This document shows, in pieces, positions 24,701-34,784 of a stretch of DNA of 64,000 bases (within the stretch, counting starts at the first letter, position 1; the number at the start of each line of letters is the position of its first letter). Made by a program: the position numbers and the translations under genes. The stretch spans positions 8,774,451 to 8,838,450 of the forward strand of contig NC_134035.1 in NCBI RefSeq assembly GCF_964204645.1. Direction: 5' to 3'. Origin of the DNA: Tubulanus polymorphus (Eukaryota > Animalia > Nemertea). The notes below the pieces were generated by a model that saw only the letters and a list, made by a program, of their open reading frames with translations, searched no databases and was not told the origin of the DNA.

Positions 24701-25773
24701 AGGACGCGGAGGTCGAGGCGGTAACCGCGGCAACTCGTCGAACGGCTACCAGCCGCGTGGCAGTCGTGGTGGACAATACGGTGGAAACCGCGGTGGATAC
24801 AATAGTGGAAATAATCGAGGTGGATCAGGAAGAGGTGAATGAAGTTGATTGTGTTTAGAATTTTTGGTCGAAGGAAAGAATTTCGGATTGTCTGGATAAT
24901 ATTTGGACTTGGAAGCCTGAAAATCCAGTTGATTCACATTTCAGTGAAAGAAAAAAATTTCAGAAAATTCTGAGTTATTTTATTCATTACCTCATTGCGT
25001 AGATCTCGCGGTTATTTGTCGCAGTTTGAATGTTTCATTCAGTCGTCTCTGTCGATATAGGTTCATATCAAGGTCAAGGTTACAACAGTCGCAACGATTA
25101 CAACCGATCGGACGGCGGCAGCAGCGGTTACCAAGGTTACGGGTCGTCGTACGGCGGTTATCAGAATAAACCTAACAATCGAGGACGTGGTGGTAAGTGT
25201 TCATCTGAGAAGACCATCATCTGTTTAAGCGTTTAGGCGATTTAACTTCTTGATTCCTTTAAAACTCCTTAACAGAAAACGAGCTTGAAACTCCTTTCAT
25301 TTGAGTAAAATGCCCAAAACTGCTTATAAACTCCTCCAATTTTGAGAAATAGGCGATAAGAAATGTTGGTAGTTGTACAGTTAACAACTACAACTTAAAT
25401 CTCAGTAGAGTTTGGATTTGTTTTTACTCTGTTAGGCAGTTACAGAATTAAAAACAATAAAATTGGTTTGCGTAATGGATAAAAATTTGCTGTTTACCGA
25501 GATAAACAGTACAGATTTAGGAGTAGTCTACAGTAATATGGATATGACACAGAGTGATACAGACCCTTCCTCGAAAACTCATATCCAGGAATGGCTGATC
25601 TGTAAGGACCTGGTTTAAATCCAATGAGTTTTAAAAATGATTTTATTTCGTCAGGGTACAATCGCGACGGAGGATCGTCGAGAGGTCGCGGAGGTGGTGC
25701 GTCCTCTGGTGGCAGCCGTGGAGCCGGATACGGAAGCAAACCGATGGGAAGTTATAACAGCAACCAACAGTAA
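18722..25773 (+). CDS. CAPRIN1: Caprin (Caprin-1/2 co-orthologue), stress-granule RNA-binding protein, 13 exons, about 642 aa
   Basis: Exons 18722-18835, 19533-19682, 20281-20442, 20531-20607, 21067-21344, 21712-21839, 22335-22509, 23055-23120, 23199-23410, 23891-24017, 24646-24834, 25061-25192, 25655-25773 (1929 nt, in frame). IDKKIRNLEKKK, HR1 coiled coil, G3BP-binding QGSFNFLQDS, C-terminal RGG/Y-rich tail. Confidence 0.93.
19705..19919. mobile_element. Inverted pair of tRNA-like LTR-type units with a tRNA-Pro PBS-like spacer, Caprin intron 2
   Basis: A box TGGCTCAGCGG (19751), B-box-like GTTCGAAT (19795), end TGTTACA (19828-19834), then TGGGGGCTTGTCCG, then an inverted copy at 19854-19919. 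Confidence 0.65.
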
Positions 25774-26769
25774 CTACGACGACCGATCGGTAACTCTGCG
25801 ATCGCTGTGAAAACGTGTTCCGATTTAAACAGCTGTACGTCCAGCTTTCTGAGAGTGTTGGGTCCGGGTTTTATTTTATTTTCCGATCGTTTGTTATACT
25901 TAACTAGAGCTGAGATAGCCCCGCGAAAAAAACGCAAACCTTATTTCATTTCACATTTGTAGTAGATAGATTAGATAATAACAGGGAACTCGAGCGTAAT
26001 TCTGCGCTGAAGTTCCTAACGTATTTAGTTTCGCATTTTCAGTTTCTTCGATAATCTTAACGTTCTTCAAATTGAATGCAATCGTTTCGAACACAAGCTG
26101 TTCCGTATTTCAGTGTATTTATGTACGAATTATCTCATTGTAAATAAGGGTTAGAGAGAGACGAACGGCCCAGCACTGCGTCAGTATGCTGTCGGCAGCT
26201 GTTTATTTTGTTTGAACATGTTCGGTCAGTCGGTCGGTCGCAGTTTTACAAACGGCGGGGAGACGTGTACATAAAGGCCTTTCAAAAGCAACAACATTTG
26301 AACTTTAATCGCAACAACAACAACCAGCCAAAGAAAAATCTCCAACTTTTCTTTCTCTGGTTGGGATAAAACATCGTTCATTGATAGACGACTGATCAGT
26401 GTCTCGTGTAGTAGTACGGTATAATATTTAAACAGAATACGTTGTAATTTCGCGATCCTGACACCCCCCCTCCAACCCTCCCTCCCGCCTGCATGTTTGC
26501 TCAATGCTGATAAATGTCACAGTTTCCGCTACTTCATTTGTAAATATTAATGTATAATCAATGAAAAGAAGACTTGTAAATCGCTCATTCAAATATTCAT
26601 CCACAAGTAAGTCTTGGATATATCGGAGTTACTGCAACTGTTCCTGATCGTCCCTATTTGTGATTCTTATTACCTGAGAAAAAATATGTGTTTTGATTCG
26701 TTTAATGTGTTCAGAAGTCGAGGAATCTTTCTTGATCGCTGTTTAATTTCAACATTGTTAGTGTTTAGC

Positions 26770-27027
26770 ATGAGGAGAGAATCCCACAATGATAATAAAA
26801 AGTCCGAAAAATGAAACTTCGAGATAGTAGTTTATTCAACGTTTCGACTATATCCTAATAGTCATCTTCAGGAATAAAGGAATATTTATTCCTGAAGATG
26901 ACTATTAGGATATAGTCGAAACGTTGAATAAACTACTATCTCGAAGTTTCATTTTCGGACTTTTTATTATCATTGTGGGATTCTCTCCTCATCGCGTCAA
27001 CACGGATATTGTGTTTTACCTATCGTG
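26770..27027 (+). mobile_element. Fold-back Penelope-derived element with minimal hammerhead ribozyme motif and 12-bp TSD, in the probable Caprin 3'UTR
   Basis: About 108-bp near-perfect inverted arms at 26770-26992 (6-nt loop), a short unpaired tail, and AGTGTTTAGCAT duplicated at 26760-26771 and 27028-27039 (the TSD overlaps the left arm by 2 nt). Confidence 0.8.
26885..26932 (+). ncRNA. Minimal type I hammerhead ribozyme motif (mirror copy on the - strand in the left arm)
   Basis: Stem I TTTATTC/GAATAAA, core CTGAAGA(T), stem II GACTAT/ATAGTC, GAAAC, loopless palindromic stem III ACGT, cleavage triplet GTT. Confidence 0.75.
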
Positions 27028-28272
27028 AGTGTTTAGCATTTTCCGGTGTTCGGTTGCTCGCCCTGGCAATAACTTGCATACGTATAGCCCACCTGTGGTG
27101 CTGCTTAGTAACGGTGGCCCGTTTTTGAAACGAATATTCTGACTTTGCCTTCTTTGTCGTTATACTCGTGAAAATCTTCAACGAAAGATTAGCATTTGAA
27201 CCCTTATTTGCTGTGATAATTATTGATTATGTGTGAACAAAAACGCGTCGCTTTTCTTAACAAATATCGGAAGAATTTAAACATTTCTCTGTCAATGTCT
27301 GATACTCGTAAAATGTTTCAGAAACTGTCATTTATTGTTTAATCTCGTTAAAATTCTTTTCGCTGTTTAGGATATTGATAGTAATAAGTAAATGTGCTAA
27401 TTTGTAAAAAAAAAAAACTTAGGTCAAGTTGCACAGTCGTGATTTAAATTGACCAGGGCCAGTTAGAGTTAACCAGCGGATAGTAACAATGATAAGTCTA
27501 TCATTACCTTGGTATTTATCCACAGATTAATATCATTAACCAACTAGCCAGGAATTGGCCTCAAAAACCTTTGCTTTGGAACAAAAATGAGCTTTTATCC
27601 TGCTGGGGTTGAGAAATACCTAAGTGGCAAGTTCCGTTTTAATCGTCACTTTGTCAGCTATCCACCAGTTAACTCTAACCATCGACGTATAGACTAGTTT
27701 ATTCATCGATACTCTTACCAGCTTTTGAGCATCTGGTCCCAGCAGCTGAGGTCTTGAAGTGTTGACTGTGCAATTGGGCCTTGAATTCGTGCTGATAACT
27801 TCATTTAAAACAAAAAAGCGACCGAAAATGTGTTCATAACTTGAGGGTAAACTGTGACATTATACAGCTAGTTTGTACGGTATAAACGATGTTGAGCAGT
27901 GATTGACCGGTGTCGCGGGAGTGAGTGGGTGGGTGAGGGGTATCCGGAGTATTATCATCATCATCATTGCTTCTATTTCTGTTCTCGCATTAGAATAAAT
28001 CGTTTTGTAAATCGTAGTACGATATATCGATACGAATAATGAAAATTTACATCGATGGTGGTTTCGATTTTCTCGCTCGCTCGCTCGCGCGCGCGCACAC
28101 GCAGGGCTCTAGTGTGCGCATGTGTGTGCGCGCGTGTGTTTCTTATGTTTGTATTCTCTGATGACGACAGAAATTAAAGCAACAGTCGTATTTAAAATTA
28201 TCTACATTCGTTGCCGTCTCCTTTCATTGATCGCTGTATTCAGCTCCTCTTTATCTATCCAATTCATATTTG

Positions 28273-28456
28273 GCAAGGGCGGATCTGGGACTGGTCCACT
28301 GGTCTGCAAAATTCGAATGTGCCCTCCACAAAGTCTGGAAAATTTTGTTTTGCAAAGAAAATCTTAAGAAAATAAAGCCAAACGGGCTCGGGTAAGCCAA
28401 ATCAGCCCTTTTCGATTTCCAGGTATACCCCTTCCACAAATCCTAGATCCGCCTTT
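28273..28456. mobile_element. MITE with CAAGGGCGGATC terminal inverted repeats
   Basis: CAAGGGCGGATCTGGG...CCTAGATCCGCCTTTG. An inverted relative is at 58843-59147. Confidence 0.65.
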
Positions 28457-28932
28457 GTTTCTCAGTATTTTCCTAGGAAAGCCAATCTGCCTAGAAATCA
28501 CACGGTTAGGATTATTCGGGCATAGGAGCTGTCGCAGGAATACAAAATATTGTATATTATCCTAAGATATTCTATAGCTACAGAGCATATACACCCCAGT
28601 ACTTACAGAGACTTAAGTGGAGCTTTGATTTTGGACGCTATCTCTTAGTGTTGTGACCAAACCCTTGCGAGATGTTAGCTGGAATGCTCTCATGGAGCTT
28701 TGGTTTTGTACCCCAGTTTTGTGACGAGCCCCTGTAAGATTTTAGCTCCCTGCTACTACAAATCACAAAAAAACTGAAAAATGAGTAATTCTCTAATAAA
28801 TAATGTTTATTCGGTTATAAACCTGATCACCAATTACACATGTTTATTGGGTAAAATATTCGATAAAATAGGCACCTTTCTTTTATGGCGGACTTTGGAG
28901 TGTTACTTTTAAGACTAAAGTCTAAACATATA

Positions 28933-29214
28933 CAGTAGAATACGGATAAGTTGGATATGCTCAGCTTGGATATACGCATGTCGGGGAATTTCTGAAGTCC
29001 TGTTCCATTTTGGAACAAGATAGCACAAAATGTATGATTAAGTCTGGTTTCACGAGTCGGGCTCGGATGAAATCTCGGTCCAATTGAGAAATGGTAGTAC
29101 ATGTCTGATAAAAAAATTTCAAAGTCCGTATTATCTGAATATACGTGCCTTATGCGATGTAAGTCGGACCAAAAATAACGGTTCCAAGCGATCTGACTTA
29201 CGCGTATTCTACTG
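28933..29214. mobile_element. pogo/Tigger-type MITE downstream of the DHDH stop
   Basis: TA|CAGTAGAATACG...CGTATTCTACTG|TA perfect 12-bp TIR with TA flanks. Confidence 0.8.
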
Positions 29215-29351
29215 TACACCGTGGTATGTTGCGATATACTATAAGATATGGGGCATTCATTCATTACGTACGCATCCGTTATTGCGTACAAAGGGGTTGC
29301 AAAATTCAAGTTTCATGCGTAGATAATGAATGAATGATCCCATAGTGTACA

Positions 29352-32300
29352 TTATGCAGCTGATTTGATCTGTTTAATACATTCAGTAGCTATTTCCACG
29401 AGTGATAATGTGTCTTCATGTGTCATTAGAGGATGCTCCAATAAGCCTATAAATAAACGATATATCAATGTACAGAGGTGTGGTAAAATTATCAATTTCA
29501 TGAGATGACAGTGAAATACGGTACAGTACCTTTTTGAATGGCTTCGTTCACTGCCTTGAACTCGTAGTAAAGGTTAGCACTATTCACGAAATTAAACTGA
29601 TGTTCTGACTCGGGGATGTGGAACTGATGGAATCCACTCGGTGTAACTAGCTCCGTCGGGCTCCACATTGTAGATTGGAACTTTGAAAAAAATCGAGATG
29701 TAAGTTGTATACCATTGAACTCTGATATTACTCTCATAAATTTCCGTGATACAAAAAAAATTCAACTTGAGCAGAGTCTGTTATAGGCGCTTTTACGAAA
29801 CTGAATCTTTGTAAATTGATTTAAGTTTCACGTTTACGACACGCGGTTTAGTGAATCCGATTTGGTAAATCAACTCGTTTATGGATGCGGTTTAGTAAAT
29901 TGATTTATTAAATCGACTAACTTGCTCGGCGAGCAAGTTAGTGGCGATTTAGTCAGTGAAATCCAACATGGCGTCCTCTTCAACCGCGGGCTAAAGACAT
30001 CTATTGCAGACCATCATCTATCAATAATTCGGTCACCATTGACGCCCATTTTCTTTCGAATCGCGACCTTTAAATTGATAAATTGATTCGACTAATTTAC
30101 GAAAAACGATTCGATTTACTAAACCTTTTGTTTTCCGACATCGAATCGGATTTAGCTAAATCGAATCAGATTCAATTTCATAAAAGCGCCTTATACCAAT
30201 ACAGTTAACCCTTTACTAAATATGTGATTTACTCGAACAAGAACAAAAACTGACCTCTAATTTTCCTTTTGTTCCGTATATTTGGGCAGAATTTTCAGTG
30301 TTCTGACTGGCGCAACAGAATAACCTGGCTATTGTTTTGTCATCGTATATCAACGTTATGTTGGACATGTTTTCAATTCCTGATGGATAGAAATTATTGC
30401 ATTTTTGATATACACCTCTGGAGGCAGTTGTTGTGAAACGATGTCATTAGTTTCAAATCGCACCTCAATGAAGATTTAAAAGACAATGGATCTAGGAGGG
30501 TGGCCACTTTCCCCCATTTACAAATTCCCGACCTTGATTTTTCCATGTTACAATAAAATTATCGAGTAAAATCAGCAGGTGAATGTAGATATTTCTTAGT
30601 TTCGAATGTTGAAATCGATTCATTTTTTTAACCCTTTCAGTGCTGACTAATCAATACCCTATAGTGCTGGAGATAATTTGAAAATTTTGAAAAATTCCAC
30701 CCTAGTGTGTTGACTAACGGGAATAGCACTAAAGTGCGTATACACCGCAGCGCGGTATATCGTTAGTTACTATTTCACTATGTTTGACAGGTGCTGCCAT
30801 CTTTCAATAGCGATAAAAACTAATTACTAATTACATCAATACACGGCAGTGTGGTGTACTAGCAAAATCCATCACCAATTCATACACCGCACTGCAAGGG
30901 TTAATGAATCACATATTGATAAAGAAATGCAGTATCAATAACATATCACTGAGTTTCCCGGGTTTTTCCTAGATTTTCCAGTTGCCACATTATCTATGTT
31001 TACCTGTTGGGAATAAGGTACCGGCGCAGTGAATTTTTTTACACTTGTTGCCGAGGACCATCGTGGCCAACTGAATGGTGTAAATTCCTAAATCGAATAT
31101 GACGCTAGCGCCGAGGTTCGGCTCGTACGTTCGAGGAACGTGTTCGATATTCACGCTGAATTTAGCGTCAACCAATCGTACGTCGCCGATCGCGTTGCGA
31201 GACAACTCCGCTCTGAGTTGTTCGTAACCCGGCGTGAATCTACTCCAAACAGCCTGAAAAAGAAAAAACACTGATAAAAAACATAAATGATTATTAGACG
31301 AGAAGATACACAATATCCGCCTATGATGATGACGAGAGAAATCCCACAATAACGAAGCCAATATTGCAAAATTCTATATTGGAATGATTATATTTGAGGA
31401 GCGACGTTTCGGCTAACAACTGTTAGCCATCATCAGGCGTACTGACAATGATGGCTAACAGTTTTTAGCCGAAACGTCGCTCCTCAAATCTCAAATATAA
31501 TCATACTGATATAGAATTTTTCAATCTTGGCTTCATTATTTTGGGATTTCTCGCGTCATCAATGATTATCTAAGATTAATACAAAATTCCCCTGGCCTAA
31601 TTCCATAGTACGCTGCCATTAATTTTCAATAGTAACATAAGGCTAAAATAAAATGATGCCTTGTTTCTCCTTATCGGCTAGGTCATTTATGTTAACTGCA
31701 ATAAAATTCATTTCTATAACTGCCGGATCTGATACGGCTAGTTTGATCATAATTTTGAGAAACAAGGTGTCAATTTTTTTAGTTTTAAGTTGATTAACTA
31801 TATGAAATGGACCTAGTTTCACCAGAGTTGTAAGTCAAAGAGTTCACTCTTGGTTCATTCTCAATGAGGTAATTAAGCATTATAACATCATCCAAGCATT
31901 TTAAGGCTTGCAAATTTTACAATGTAACTAGGCACGACGAATCAGCTGCCTAGACTACCTCCACCGCTTAAACTGCTGATTCTTCTGAACTTTTCGCCTG
32001 AGACATTACTTAGGTACTTCGCCAAGAATTCACGCTGAAATGGTGAATATCTGTGGCTTGGCGAATGGATGTGTTTAAATTGATACCCACGTTGCACCTA
32101 TTCGACTAATGAGCCGGCATGCAGCTTACCTCCATTAGAAACTTTTTCTGCTGTTTGGCGTAAGCTAGGATTTCTTTAGTTTGTTCGATGTCCATCGTCA
32201 GCGGTTTCTCACAAAGAACGTGTTTTCCGGCTTTCAACATCTGCATGCAGACCTCGTAGTGATGATTAGTGATGTTATTGACATAAATGATATCTATGGA

Positions 32301-33607
32301 AAATATGAAAAAAGGTTTGATATGATAACAGGGCTCTAACAGATCAAGGAATCCAAAATTCTCTGATTATCCAAAAATTTCCTGATTGAATTGGGTACTG
32401 TTACCGCTACTGTGGCAATCAAGGATTCCTTGTATGGCAGGTGAGGATCCACCAGCTTCGCTAGTGGTTACTCGGTTGCCAGGCTTCAATTTCTTCTACA
32501 TTTCAATAATATTCGTATCAACTTTTCTCATTCGCAAATCTTTTTTTCAGTAAAACTATATCCACTAATTTTGGACGCCAATCTGCTTATATATTTGATG
32601 ACTTGTTTGAAAAAATTTCCATTTTGGAGCCAGTTCAAAGTTTATTAAAAATCAACTAATATTCAATATCAATAACTGAGTGCATTGTTTCGCCACTAGC
32701 GTGTGCCAGTACACCATGGAATTGTAAGATTTTCTGTGGGGGATGTTTCTTATCAAGAGGTTCACGACTTTTGCATGATTATCAAGAATCAGAATTTTCT
32801 GATTTTCCCTTCCACGAAAAAAAAATCAATGCACATTTTTATGAGTTTCCCCGACGAGTCACTTACCGATATTTGGGTCGTCGGCTATCTCCTGATAACA
32901 GCCATAAGCCTGCGCAATGCCGTGATTTTCAGCGAAGGTCTTAGCTCGCTGTAAATCCCTCGCCGCAACCGCCTGAACCTGAACAGAAATTCATTACGAA
33001 AAATAATTAAGAAATATCCCGAGATCTTTTGCTATATACATTTTTTTCATCTCTGTTTCGCATTATTAACACCACAGGCACTTATAACAAGTAACAATAG
33101 CAGTTAAGCCTATACAGTGTTGCACTTTGTGCATTCATCACCGGGTTGAAAGTCATCACATTACTTACCGGTAGATTATCTCTAATTTCCTAAGTATAAG
33201 TCATCATTTGGACAAGAAGCAATATAGAACTGTAAGCGAACAGTGCTTGAAATAATAAGCCAACATAATGATTGTCCCAGTTTAGTCAATAACCAGTCAG
33301 TGGTTTAGGTCCATGAACGGATATTTTGCAAAAAAAACTGGTAATTGGATAATATCGGGATTCAAACCCTACGACCAAAATCACCTGTTGATGGAATTCC
33401 CTTGGAAATTACGTCACACGTTGGCAAAATATAGCATTTACGAAAAAATAATGCCACATTGGCAAAATATCCACTTCCAATTATATTTTCATTGTATCTA
33501 AGACTTACCATTAATTTCTTTTCATCGGGTGCGTGTAGCTCGATGGCAGATACAAAATCATGAGCAATTGCACCAGCTCCGGCCAAACCCCATCTCAACG
33601 GTGCCAT
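29352..33607 (-). CDS. DHDH: Trans-1,2-dihydrobenzene-1,2-diol dehydrogenase / D-xylose dehydrogenase (Gfo/Idh/MocA family), 331 aa
   Basis: Exons (-): 33607-33509, 32978-32867, 32293-32130, 31253-31004, 30379-30255, 29680-29530, 29446-29352 (996 nt). [58 protein letters not shown]. Probable non-coding exon upstream (donor near 34110). Confidence 0.93.
29785..30191. mobile_element. MITE with AGGCGCTTTTA TIRs and 3-bp flanking duplication, DHDH intron
   Basis: TAT|AGGCGCTTTTACGAAACTGAATC...GATTCAATTTCATAAAAGCGCCT|TAT. Confidence 0.7.
30632..30900. mobile_element. piggyBac-type MITE (TTAA target)
   Basis: TTAA|CCCTTTCAGTGC...GCACTGCAAGGG|TTAA. Family members at 40705-40988, about 42792-43062, and 63425-63798. 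Confidence 0.8.
31295..31560 (-). mobile_element. Second fold-back hammerhead-bearing element, 9-bp TSD, DHDH intron
   Basis: Inverted arms at about 31328-31560. - strand CTGATGAT-GGCTAAC-agtt-GTTAGCC-GAAAC-GTC at 31436-31403. AATGATTAT duplicated at 31286-31294 and 31561-31569. The tail shares CGGATATTGTGT with the 26.8-kb copy. Confidence 0.78.
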
Positions 33608-34784
33608 TTTCCTGCTTAAAAAAAAATAATATTCCACAAGTTTGATCACAGAGTTGAAATTGGTTATCAGATTATTGAACCCTAGAGTTGACTCGGAACT
33701 GTGGAACTGGTTACTGGTTCGTATGGACACTATAACTATATAATTGAGTCACTCACACAATACTAGAATTTATATCTAGAGATGATCAAATAACAGCCAT
33801 TCTATCAAAATCAATGGTATAAACAAATAGAGTAACAGTAAATATTTGACATGATGAGGACCAACAAGTCAAGCTGACTTCACTTGACTGACATGAGAGT
33901 GAGACAGCAGAGAATTGACAATCAATCAAATCAATAAACAACGTATAAACAACGCAAACCACGTACAACAGCTGTTACCGGTGAATGTCAACTTAAAGAC
34001 AGATGTGAGACAGGTACCTATTGACATTATTGTTAATCGGGGCTCAATAGGGATTTAAGAAATTGATCCAAAACCTATTGAAATTCAAGACAAATTTTAA
34101 AAATTACTTACGTCAAAATGATTTTATCTGATAGCTCAACGACCTAGAAAGCCGGTTACTGATAACCATAAATGGGAAATCGACCCGGACTTATCGACCT
34201 CTACTGTGGCGCTAGCATACGGTCGTAATGTTATTAATCGACGCGGTACGAATCCCACGATATATGATAAGAGAAGATATATGATAACCTCATTCATCCT
34301 CAGGACAATGTAAATTGTATAATAATAAGCCTATAGTAGAAATACATGCGTATTGAAGGCAATATGTAGAAAACAATTTATTCACCGAACATTTCAACAA
34401 TTCAACACTTGAGACAATCGTATACACAATAATAGGACATACATGTATCAATATCGTTGCTCATAGAATTCATCAATCATTGAGTAGAACATTATCACAG
34501 TTTCGAATTGCTCTTTTCCCTCGATAACATGCAACCACTTTACTCGTTCGCCATCTATCGGTCAATTGAGCGGATTGATTCAAATGTCAGATTGTAGTCA
34601 GGCTTGCATGCGGCAGTAAACATCCATCGATAACGCGCGCTTTCAGTACTAGTGCTGCAGTAGTTGACAGTCAACGCGTCGATGTGTACTGGTTTTGTCG
34701 CCGATGCTGGGAACGAGCGAGCTAAATGAATACCTCCTGAAATAACGTCTAACCCGGTATAAAACGCTCTTAGTTTGAGGCAGG

